Assembly (NCBI RefSeq): GCF_009914755.1
Contig: NC_060928.1
Direction: 5' to 3' (one strand)
Length of the DNA stretch: 64,000 nt
DNA from: the human T2T-CHM13v2.0 reference genome, Homo sapiens
Position 1 is the first letter of the stretch; each line of letters opens with the position of its first letter. Positions 52,801 to 64,000 of the stretch are shown here, in pieces. The position numbers and the translations under genes were made by a program. Under the pieces are notes generated by a model, which was given only the letters and a program-made list of their open reading frames with translations, had not been told where the DNA came from and searched no databases.

Positions 52801-55800
52801 TCTGTTACAGAGCAATTTTAAAACACTCTTTTTGTGGAATCTGAAAGTGGATAATTGGATAGCTTTGTGGATTTCGTTGGAAACGGGATGACGTATAAAA
52901 TCTAGAGAGAAGCATTCTCAGGAACTTCTTTCTGATGTTTGCATTCAAGTCACAGAATTGAACATTCCTTTTCATAGTGCAGGTTTGAAACATTCTTTCT
53001 GTAGTATCTGGAAGTGGACATTTCAATCGCTTTCAGGCCTATGGGGAGAAAGGAAATATCTTCAAATTAAAAACTAGACAGAAGGATTCTCAGAAACTTA
53101 TTTGTGATGTGTGTCCTAAACGAACACAGTTGAACCTTTGTTTTGATACAGCATTTTGGAAACACTCCTTTTGTAGAATCTGCAGGTGGATATTTGGATA
53201 GATTTTAAGATTTCGTTGGAAACGGGAATTTCTTCATATAAACTCAAAAGAGATGCATTCTCAGAAACTTCTCTGTGATGTTTGCATTCCACTCATAGAG
53301 TTGAAAACTTCCTTTCATAGAGCACGCTTGAAACACTCTTTTTGTAATATTTGGAAGTGGACATTTGCAGCGCTTTGAGGCCTATGGTGAAAAAGGAAAT
53401 ATCTTCTCATAAAAACCAGAAACAAGCATTCTCAGAAACTTCTTTTTGATGTGTGTACTCAAGTAACAGAGTTGAACCTTCCTTTTGACAAAGCAGTTTT
53501 GAAACAATCTTTTTGTAGAATCTGCAAGTCGATATTTGGATAGCTTTGAGGATTTCGTTGGAAACGGGATATCTTCATATAAAATCTAGACAGAAGCATT
53601 CTCAGAAACTTCTTTGTGCTGTATGTCCTCAATTAACAGAGTTGAACCATTGCTTGGATACAGCATTTTGGAAACATTCCTTTAGTAGAATCTGCAAGTT
53701 GATATTTAGATAGATTTGAAGATTTCGTTGGAAACGGGAATATCTTCATATAAAATCTAGACGGAAGCATTCTCAGAAACTGCTTTGTGATGTTTCCATT
53801 CAAGTCACAGAGTTGAATATTCTCTTTTATAGAGCACGTTTGAAACACTCTTTCTGCACTATCTGGAAGTGGACATTTCGAGCGCTTTGAGGCCTATGGT
53901 GAAAAAGGAAATATCTTCCCGTAAAAACTAGACAGAAGCATTCTCAGAAACTTGTTTGTGATGTGTGTATTCAACTAACAGAGTTGAACTTTTGTTTTTA
54001 CAGAGCAGTTTTAAAACACTCTTTTTGTGGAATCAGAAAGTGGACATTCGGATGGCTCTGAGGATTTCGTTGGAAGCGGGATTACATATAAAATCTAGAG
54101 AGAAGCATTCTCAGGAACTACTTTGTGATGTTTGCATTGAAGTCACAGAATTGAACATTCACTTTTATAGAGCAGGTTTGAAACACTCATTCTGTAGTAT
54201 CTGGAAGTGGACATTTCAAGCGCTTTCAGGCCTATGGTGAGAAAGGAAATACCTTCGAATAAAAACTAGACAGAAGCATCCTCAGAAACTTATTTGTGAT
54301 GTGTGTCCTCAACTAACGGAGTTGAACCTTTGTTTTGATACAGCATTTTGGAAACACTCCTTTTGTAGAATCTGCAGGTGGATATTTGGATAGCTTTGAA
54401 GATTTCGTTGGAAACCGGAATATCTTCATATACAATCAAGACAGAAGCATTCTCGGAAACATCTCTGTGATGTTTGCATTCATCTCAGTAGAGTTGAACA
54501 CTTCCTTTCATAGAGCAGGTTTGAAACACTCTTTCTGCACTACCTGGAAGCGGACATTTCGGGCGCTTTGAGGCCTATGGTGAAAAAGGAAATATCTTCT
54601 CATAAAAACCAGAAAGAAGCATTCTCAGAAACTTCTTTGTGTTGTGTGTACTCAAGTAACAGTGTTGAACCTTCCTTTTGACAGAGCAGTTTTGAAACAC
54701 TCTTTTGGTAGAATCTGCAAGTGGATATTTGGAGCGCTTTGAGGATTTCGTTGGAAACGGGTTATCTTCATATAAAATCCAGACAGGAGCATTCTCAGAA
54801 ACTTCTTTGTGCTGTATGTCCTCAATTCACAGAGCTGAACCTTTGTTTGGATACAGCATTTTGGAGACATTCCTTTAGTAGAATCTGCAAGTTGATATTT
54901 AGATAGCTTTGAAGATTTCGTTGGAAACGGGAATATCTTCATAGAAAATCTAGACGGAAGCATTCTCATAAACTGCTTTGTGATGTTTGCATTCAAGTCA
55001 CAGAGTTGAATATTCCCTTTTATAGAGTAGGTTTGAAACACTCTTTCGGCACTACCTGGAAGTGGATATTTCGAGCTGTTTGAGGCCTATGGTTAAAAGG
55101 AAATATCTTCCCATAAAAACTAGACAGAAGCCGTCTCAGAAACTTGTTTGTGATGTGTGTACTCAACTAACAGAGCTGAACATTTCTGTTACAGAGCAGT
55201 TTTAAAACACTCTTTTTGTGGAATCTGAAAGTGGATAATTGGATAGCTTTGTGGATTTCGTTGGAAACGGGATGACGTATAAAATCTAGAGAGAAGCATT
55301 CTCAGGAACTTCTTTCTGATGTTTGCATTCAAGTCACAGAATTGAACATTCCTTTTCATAGTGCAGGTTTGAAACACTCTTTCTGTAGTATCTGGAAGTG
55401 GACATTTCAAGCGCTTTCAGGCCTATGGGGAGAAAGGAAATATCTTCAAATTAAAAACTAGACAGAAGGATTCTCAGAAACTTATTTGTGATGTGTGTCC
55501 TAAACGAACACAGTTGAACCTTTGTTTTGATACAGCATTTTGGAAACACTCCTTTTGTAGAATCTGCAGGTGGATATTTGGATAGATTTTAAGATTTCGT
55601 TGGAAACGGGAATTTCTTCATATAAACTCAAGACAGATGCATTCTCAGAAACTTCTCTGTGATGTTTGCATTCCACTCATAGAGTTGAAAACTTCCTTTC
55701 ATAGAGCACGCTTGAAACACTCTTTTTGTAATATTTGGAAGTGGACCTTTGCAGCGCTTTGAGGCCTATGGTGAAAAAGGAAATATCTTCTCATAAAAAC

Positions 55801-58800
55801 CAGAAACAAGCATTCTCAGAAACTTCTTTTTGATGTGTGTACTCAAGTAACAGAGTTGAACCTTCCTTTTGACACAGCAGTTTTGAAACAATCTTTTTGT
55901 AGAATCTGCAAGTGGATATTTGGATAGCTTTGAGTATTTCGTTGCAAACGGGATATCTTCATATAAAACCTAGACAGAAGCATTCTCAGAAACTTCTTTG
56001 TGCTGTATGTCCTCAATTAACAGAGTTGAACCATTGCTTGGATACAGCATTTTGGAAACATTCCTTTAGTAGAATCTGCAAGTTGATATTTAGATAGATT
56101 TGAAGATTTCGTTGGAAACGGGAATATCTTCATATAAAATCTAGACGGAAGCATTCTCAGAAACTGCTCTGTGATGTTTCCATTCAAGTCACAGAGTTGA
56201 ATATTCTCTTTTATAGAGCACGTTTGAAACACTCTTTCTGCACTATCTGGAAGTGGACATTTCGAGCGCTTTGAGGCCTATGGTGAAAAAGGAAATATCT
56301 TCCCGTAAAAACTAGACAGAAGCATTCTCAGAAACTTGTTTTTGATGTGTGTATTCAACTAACAGAGTTGAACTTTTGCTTTACAGAGCAGTTTTAAAAC
56401 ACTCTTTTTGTGGAATCAGAAAGTGGATATTCGGATGGCTCTGAGGATTTCGTTGGAAGCGGGATTACATATAAAATCTAGAGAGAAGCATTCTCAGGAA
56501 CTTCTTTGTGATGTTTGCATTGAAGTCACAGAATTGAACATTCACTTTTATAGAGCAGGTTTGAAACACTCATTCTGTAGTATCTGGAAGTGGACATTTC
56601 AAGCGCTTTCAGGCCTATGGTGAGAAAGGAAATACCTTCAAATAAAAACTAGACAGAAGCATCCTCAGAAACTTATTTGTGATGTGTGTCCTCAACTAAC
56701 AGAGTTGAACCTTTGTTTTGATACAGCATTTTGGAAACACTCCTTTTGTAGAATCTGCAGGTGGATATTTGGATAGCTTTGAAGATTTCGTTGGAAACCG
56801 GAATATCTTCATATACAATCAAGACAGAAGCATTCTCGGAAACATCTCTGTGATGTTTGCATTCATCCCAGTAGAGTTGAACACTTCCTTTCATAGAGCA
56901 GGTTTGAAACACTCTTTCTGCACTACCTGGAAGCGGACATTTCGGGCGCTTTGAGGCCTATGGTGAAAAAGGAAATATCTTCTCATAAAAACCAGAAAGA
57001 AGCATTCTCAGAAATTTCTTTGTGTTGTGTGTACTCAAGTAACAGTGTTGAACCTTCCTTTTGACAGAGCAGTTTTGAAACACTCTTTTGGTAGAATCTG
57101 CAAGTGGATATTTGGAGCGCTTTGAGGATTTCGTTGGAAACGGGTTATCTTCATATAAAATCCAGACAGGAGCATTCTCAGAAACTTCTTTGTGCTGTAT
57201 GTCCTCAATTCACAGAGCTGAACCTTTGTTTGGATACAGCATTTTGGAGACATTCCTTTAGTAGAATCTGCAAGTTGATATTTAGATAGCTTTGAAGATT
57301 TCGTTGGAAACGGGAATATCTTCATAGAAAATCTAGACGGAAGCATTCTCAGAAACTGCTTTGTGATGTTTGCATTCAAGTCACAGAGTTGAATATTCCC
57401 TTTTATAGAGTAGGTTTGAAACACTCTTTCGGCACTACCTGGAAGTGGATATTTCGAGCTCTTTGAGGCCTATGGTTAAAAGGAAATATCTTCCCATAAA
57501 AACTAGACAGAAGCCGTCTCAGAAACTTGTTTGTGATGTGTGTATTCAACTAACAGAGTTGAACATTTCTGTTACAGAGCAATTTTAAAACACTCTTTTT
57601 GTGGAATCTGAAAGTGGATAATTGGATAGCTTTGTGGATTTCGTTGGAAACGGGATGACGTATAAAATCTAGAGAGAAGCATTCTCAGGAACTTCTTTCT
57701 GATGTTTGCATTCAAGTCACAGAATTGAACATTCCTTTTCATAGTGCAGGTTTGAAACATTCTTTCTGTAGTATCTGGAAGTGGACATTTCAATCGCTTT
57801 CAGGCCTATGGGGAGAAAGGAAATATCTTCAAATTAAAAACTAGACAGAAGGATTCTCAGAAACTTATTTGTGATGTGTGTCCTAAACGAACACAGTTGA
57901 ACCTTTGTTTTGATACAGCATTTTGGAAACACTCCTTTTGTAGAATCTGCAGGTGGATATTTGGATAGATTTTAAGATTTCGTTGGAAACGGGAATTTCT
58001 TCATATAAACTCAAAAGAGATGCATTCTCAGAAACTTCTCTGTGATGTTTGCATTCCACTCATAGAGTTGAAAACTTCCTTTCATAGAGCACGCTTGAAA
58101 CACTCTTTTTGTAATATTTGGAAGTGGACATTTGCAGCGCTTTGAGGCCTATGGTGAAAAAGGAAATATCTTCTCATAAAAACCAGAAACAAGCATTCTC
58201 AGAAACTTCTTTTTGATGTGTGTACTCAAGTAACAGAGTTGAACCTTCCTTTTGACAAAGCAGTTTTGAAACAATCTTTTTGTAGAATCTGCAAGTCGAT
58301 ATTTGGATAGCTTTGAGGATTTCGTTGGAAACGGGATATCTTCATATAAAATCTAGACAGAAGCATTCTCAGAAACTTCTTTGTGCTGTATGTCCTCAAT
58401 TAACAGAGTTGAACCATTGCTTGGATACAGCATTTTGGAAACATTCCTTTAGTAGAATCTGCAAGTTGATATTTAGATAGATTTGAAGATTTCGTTGGAA
58501 ACGGGAATATCTTCATATAAAATCTAGACGGAAGCATTCTCAGAAACTGCTTTGTGATGTTTCCATTCAAGTCACAGAGTTGAATATTCTCTTTTATAGA
58601 GCACGTTTGAAACACTCTTTCTGCACTATCTGGAAGTGGACATTTCGAGCGCTTTGAGGCCTATGGTGAAAAAGGAAATATCTTCCCGTAAAAACTAGAC
58701 AGAAGCATTCTCAGAAACTTGTTTGTGATGTGTGTATTCAACTAACAGAGTTGAACTTTTGTTTTTACAGAGCAGTTTTAAAACACTCTTTTTGTGGAAT

Positions 58801-61800
58801 CAGAAAGTGGACATTCGGATGGCTCTGAGGATTTCGTTGGAAGCGGGATTACATATAAAATCTAGAGAGAAGCATTCTCAGGAACTACTTTGTGATGTTT
58901 GCATTGAAGTCACAGAATTGAACATTCACTTTTATAGAGCAGGTTTGAAACACTCATTCTGTAGTATCTGGAAGTGGACATTTCAAGCGCTTTCAGGCCT
59001 ATGGTGAGAAAGGAAATACCTTCGAATAAAAACTAGACAGAAGCATCCTCAGAAACTTATTTGTGATGTGTGTCCTCAACTAACGGAGTTGAACCTTTGT
59101 TTTGATACAGCATTTTGGAAACACTCCTTTTGTAGAATCTGCAGGTGGATATTTGGATAGCTTTGAAGATTTCGTTGGAAACCGGAATATCTTCATATAC
59201 AATCAAGACAGAAGCATTCTCGGAAACATCTCTGTGATGTTTGCATTCATCTCAGTAGAGTTGAACACTTCCTTTCATAGAGCAGGTTTGAAACACTCTT
59301 TCTGCACTACCTGGAAGCGGACATTTCGGGCGCTTTGAGGCCTATGGTGAAAAAGGAAATATCTTCTCATAAAAACCAGAAAGAAGCATTCTCAGAAACT
59401 TCTTTGTGTTGTGTGTACTCAAGTAACAGTGTTGAACCTTCCTTTTGACAGAGCAGTTTTGAAACACTCTTTTGGTAGAATCTGCAAGTGGATATTTGGA
59501 GCGCTTTGAGGATTTCGTTGGAAACGGGTTATCTTCATATAAAATCCAGACAGGAGCATTCTCAGAAACTTCTTTGTGCTGTATGTCCTCAATTCACAGA
59601 GCTGAACCTTTGTTTGGATACAGCATTTTGGAGACATTCCTTTAGTAGAATCTGCAAGTTGATATTTAGATAGCTTTGAAGATTTCGTTGGAAACGGGAA
59701 TATCTTCATAGAAAATCTAGACGGAAGCATTCTCATAAACTGCTTTGTGATGTTTGCATTCAAGTCACAGAGTTGAATATTCCCTTTTATAGAGTAGGTT
59801 TGAAACACTCTTTCGGCACTACCTGGAAGTGGATATTTCGAGCTGTTTGAGGCCTATGGTTAAAAGGAAATATCTTCCCATAAAAACTAGACAGAAGCCG
59901 TCTCAGAAACTTGTTTGTGATGTGTGTACTCAACTAACAGAGCTGAACATTTCTGTTACAGAGCAGTTTTAAAACACTCTTTTTGTGGAATCTGAAAGTG
60001 GATAATTGGATAGCTTTGTGGATTTCGTTGGAAACGGGATGACGTATAAAATCTAGAGAGAAGCATTCTCAGGAACTTCTTTCTGATGTTTGCATTCAAG
60101 TCACAGAATTGAACATTCCTTTTCATAGTGCAGGTTTGAAACACTCTTTCTGTAGTATCTGGAAGTGGACATTTCAAGCGCTTTCAGGCCTATGGGGAGA
60201 AAGGAAATATCTTCAAATTAAAAACTAGACAGAAGGATTCTCAGAAACTTATTTGTGATGTGTGTCCTAAACGAACACAGTTGAACCTTTGTTTTGATAC
60301 AGCATTTTGGAAACACTCCTTTTGTAGAATCTGCAGGTGGATATTTGGATAGATTTTAAGATTTCGTTGGAAACGGGAATTTCTTCATATAAACTCAAGA
60401 CAGATGCATTCTCAGAAACTTCTCTGTGATGTTTGCATTCCACTCATAGAGTTGAAAACTTCCTTTCATAGAGCACGCTTGAAACACTCTTTTTGTAATA
60501 TTTGGAAGTGGACCTTTGCAGCGCTTTGAGGCCTATGGTGAAAAAGGAAATATCTTCTCATAAAAACCAGAAACAAGCATTCTCAGAAACTTCTTTTTGA
60601 TGTGTGTACTCAAGTAACAGAGTTGAACCTTCCTTTTGACACAGCAGTTTTGAAACAATCTTTTTGTAGAATCTGCAAGTGGATATTTGGATAGCTTTGA
60701 GTATTTCGTTGCAAACGGGATATCTTCATATAAAACCTAGACAGAAGCATTCTCAGAAACTTCTTTGTGCTGTATGTCCTCAATTAACAGAGTTGAACCA
60801 TTGCTTGGATACAGCATTTTGGAAACATTCCTTTAGTAGAATCTGCAAGTTGATATTTAGATAGATTTGAAGATTTCGTTGGAAACGGGAATATCTTCAT
60901 ATAAAATCTAGACGGAAGCATTCTCAGAAACTGCTCTGTGATGTTTCCATTCAAGTCACAGAGTTGAATATTCTCTTTTATAGAGCACGTTTGAAACACT
61001 CTTTCTGCACTATCTGGAAGTGGACATTTCGAGCGCTTTGAGGCCTATGGTGAAAAAGGAAATATCTTCCCGTAAAAACTAGACAGAAGCATTCTCAGAA
61101 ACTTGTTTTTGATGTGTGTATTCAACTAACAGAGTTGAACTTTTGCTTTACAGAGCAGTTTTAAAACACTCTTTTTGTGGAATCAGAAAGTGGATATTCG
61201 GATGGCTCTGAGGATTTCGTTGGAAGCGGGATTACATATAAAATCTAGAGAGAAGCATTCTCAGGAACTTCTTTGTGATGTTTGCATTGAAGTCACAGAA
61301 TTGAACATTCACTTTTATAGAGCAGGTTTGAAACACTCATTCTGTAGTATCTGGAAGTGGACATTTCAAGCGCTTTCAGGCCTATGGTGAGAAAGGAAAT
61401 ACCTTCAAATAAAAACTAGACAGAAGCATCCTCAGAAACTTATTTGTGATGTGTGTCCTCAACTAACAGAGTTGAACCTTTGTTTTGATACAGCATTTTG
61501 GAAACACTCCTTTTGTAGAATCTGCAGGTGGATATTTGGATAGCTTTGAAGATTTCGTTGGAAACCGGAATATCTTCATATACAATCAAGACAGAAGCAT
61601 TCTCGGAAACATCTCTGTGATGTTTGCATTCATCCCAGTAGAGTTGAACACTTCCTTTCATAGAGCAGGTTTGAAACACTCTTTCTGCACTACCTGGAAG
61701 CGGACATTTCGGGCGCTTTGAGGCCTATGGTGAAAAAGGAAATATCTTCTCATAAAAACCAGAAAGAAGCATTCTCAGAAATTTCTTTGTGTTGTGTGTA

Positions 61801-62350
61801 CTCAAGTAACAGTGTTGAACCTTCCTTTTGACAGAGCAGTTTTGAAACACTCTTTTGGTAGAATCTGCAAGTGGATATTTGGAGCGCTTTGAGGATTTCG
61901 TTGGAAACGGGTTATCTTCATATAAAATCCAGACAGGAGCATTCTCAGAAACTTCTTTGTGCTGTATGTCCTCAATTCACAGAGCTGAACCTTTGTTTGG
62001 ATACAGCATTTTGGAGACATTCCTTTAGTAGAATCTGCAAGTTGATATTTAGATAGCTTTGAAGATTTCGTTGGAAACGGGAATATCTTCATAGAAAATC
62101 TAGACGGAAGCATTCTCAGAAACTGCTTTGTGATGTTTGCATTCAAGTCACAGAGTTGAATATTCCCTTTTATAGAGTAGGTTTGAAACACTCTTTCGGC
62201 ACTACCTGGAAGTGGATATTTCGAGCTCTTTGAGGCCTATGGTTAAAAGGAAATATCTTCCCATAAAAACTAGACAGAAGCCGTCTCAGAAACTTGTTTG
62301 TGATGTGTGTATTCAACTAACAGAGTTGAACATTTCTGTTACAGAGCAAT
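43893..62350 (+). repeat. Homogeneous 28-mer super-HOR (4767 bp = 2384-bp type A + 2383-bp type B), about 4 tandem copies
   Basis: Identical ORFs recur at exactly 4767-bp steps (44099/48866/53633/58400 and 46483/51250/56017/60784). Type A markers are gacaaagcag, caagtcgat, ggaactactt and ctcataaac. Type B markers are gagtatttcgttgc, ctgctctgtg, ttttgctttac and catcccagtag. Confidence 0.92.
44019..46077 (+). promoter_or_regulatory. CENP-B boxes of one representative HOR copy (same layout in other copies): 44019, 44189, 44531, 45212, 45382, 45722 and 46061 intact; 44869 disrupted
   Basis: These are 17-bp TTTCGTTGGAA(A/G)CGGG(A/T) motifs matching the essential core nTTCGnnnnAnnCGGGn in monomers 1, 2, 4, 8, 9, 11 and 13. 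Monomer 6 reads TTTCGTTGGAAACCGGA (CGGG changed to CCGG). Confidence 0.9.
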
Positions 62351-62959
62351 TTTAAAACACTCTTTTTGTGGAATCTGAAAGTGGATAATTGGATAGCTTT
62401 GTGGATTTCGTTGGAAACGGGATGACGTATAAAATCTAGAGAGAAGCATTCTCAGGAACTTCTTTCTGATGTTTGCATTCAAGTCACAGAATTGAACATT
62501 CCTTTTCATAGTGCAGGTTTGAAACACTCTTTCTGTAGTATCTGGAAGTGGACATTTCAAGCGCTTTCAGGCCTACGGGGAGAAAGGAAATATCTTCAAA
62601 TAAAAACTAGACAGAAGGATTCTCAGAAACTTATTTGTGATGTGTGTCCTAAACGAACACAGTTGAACCTTTGTTTTGATACAGCATTTTGGAAACACTC
62701 CTTTTGTAGGATCTGCAGGTGGATATTTGGATAGATTTTAAGATTTCGTTGGAAACGGGAGTTTCTTCATAGAAACTCAAGACAGATGCATTCTCAGAAA
62801 CATCTCTGTGATGTTTGCATTCCACTCATAGAGTTGAAAACTTCCTTTCATAGAGCAGGTTTGAAACACTCTTTTTGTAATATTTGGAAGTGGACATTTG
62901 CAGCGCTTTGAGGCCTATGGTGAAAAAGGAAATATCTTCTCATAAAAACCAGAAACAAG

Positions 62960-64000
62960 CATTCTCAGAAACTTCTTTTTGATGTGTGTACTCAAGTAAC
63001 AGAGTTGAACCTTCCTTTTGACACAGCAGTTTTGAAACAATCTTTTTGTAGAATCTGCAAGTGGATATTTGGATAGCTTTGAGTATTTCGTTGCAAACGG
63101 GATATCTTCATATAAAATCTAGACAGAAGCATTCTCAGAAACTTCTTTGTGCTGTATGTCCTCAATTAACAGAGTTGAACCATTGCTTGGATACAGCATT
63201 TTGGAAACATTCCTTTAGTAGAATCTGCAAGTTGATATTTAGATAGATTTGAAGATTTCGTTGGAAACGGGAATATCTTCATATAAAATCTAGACGGAAG
63301 CATTCTCAGAAACTGCTCTGTGATGTTTCCATTCAAGTCACAGAGTTGAATATTCTCTTTTATAGAGCACGTTTGAAACACTCTTTCTGCACTATCTGGA
63401 AGTGGACATTTCGAGCGCTTTGAGGCCTATGGTGAAAAAGGAAATATCTTCCCGTAAAAACTAGACAGAAGCATTCTCAGAAACTTGTTTTTGATGTGTG
63501 TATTCAACTAACAGAGTTGAACTTTTGCTTTACAGAGCAGTTTTAAAACACTCTTTTTGTGGAATCAGAAAGTGGATATTCGGATGGCTCTGAGGATTTC
63601 GTTGGAAGCGGGATTACATATAAAATCTAGAGAGAAGCATTCTCAGGAACTTCTTTGTGATGTTTGCATTGAAGTCACAGAATTGAACATTCACTTTGAT
63701 AGAGCAGGTTTGAAACACTCATTCTGTAGTATCTGGAAGTGGACATTTCAAGCGCTTTCAGGCCTATGGTGAGAAAGGAAATACCTTCAAATAAAAACTA
63801 GACAGAAGCATCCTCAGAAACTTATTTGTGATGTGTGTCCTCAACTAACAGAGTTGAACCTTTGTTTTGATACAGCATTTTGGAAACACTCCTTTTGTAG
63901 AATCTGCAGGTGGATATTTGGATAGCTTTGAAGATTTCGTTGGAAACCGGAATATCTTCATATACAATCAAGACAGAAGCATTCTCGGAAACATCTCTGT
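62960..64000 (+). repeat. Partial type-B-like HOR copy (monomers 1-6 and the start of 7)
   Basis: It carries the B markers gagtatttcgttgc, ctgctctgtg and ttttgctttac where a type A copy would be expected. Confidence 0.85.

Larger units (their letters stand above)
35487..64000 (+). repeat. Alpha-satellite (alphoid) HOR array: SF3-type 14-mer (~2383 bp), resembling the chr17 D17Z1-B/D17Z1-C family; open at the right edge
   Basis: Monomers are ~171 bp and start CATTCTCAGAAAC. They are CENP-B-box (B) or pJalpha (A) type in the pattern BBABABA-BBABABA. HOR starts are at 36747, 39127, 41510, 43893, 46277, 48660, 51044, 53427, 55811, 58194, 60578 and 62960. The alpha satellite and 14-mer calls are seen directly. 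The SF3/chr17 assignment is from recalled monomer sequences and is less certain. Confidence 0.9.

Noticed and set aside
35589-63772. Recurrent 60-146 aa ORFs in the alpha satellite (e.g. MDIWIALRISLETG.., MFQTCSIKENIQL..)
   Set aside because: These are typical chance translations of alphoid monomers. They recur with the HOR period and are broken by indels between copies.
1-64000. Transposon insertions (Alu/L1), inversions or unique sequence islands
   Set aside because: None were seen. There are no poly-A tails, target-site duplications or strand switches, and both arrays keep a single orientation.

Overview
This window is entirely primate (human or great-ape) centromeric satellite DNA and contains no genes. 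Bases 1-35486 are an AT-rich 42-bp tandem satellite, HSat1A/SAR, with consensus GTACTTTGATATTTTAT+GTACAGTATATAATACATACTTTGG. It is punctuated about 48 times by a stereotyped 35-bp + 41-bp cassette and is built as a mosaic of recurring multi-monomer modules. At 35486/35487 it is fused, with no spacer, into the middle of an alpha-satellite monomer. Bases 35487-64000 are ~171-bp alpha satellite rich in CENP-B boxes. It is organised as a 14-monomer higher-order repeat (HOR) of ~2383 bp made of two related 7-mers, of SF3 type and resembling the chr17 D17Z1-B/-C family. Moving away from the junction it grades from a diverged 7-monomer unit, through mosaic HOR copies, to a near-perfect 4767-bp 28-mer super-HOR (4 copies) that breaks at ~62.4 kb. 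All listed ORFs are repeat artefacts. The most notable observation is HSat1A directly abutting a chr17-like SF3 14-mer array, with both arrays decaying toward an apparently old junction. Family and chromosome assignments come from recalled sequence knowledge, not a database search.
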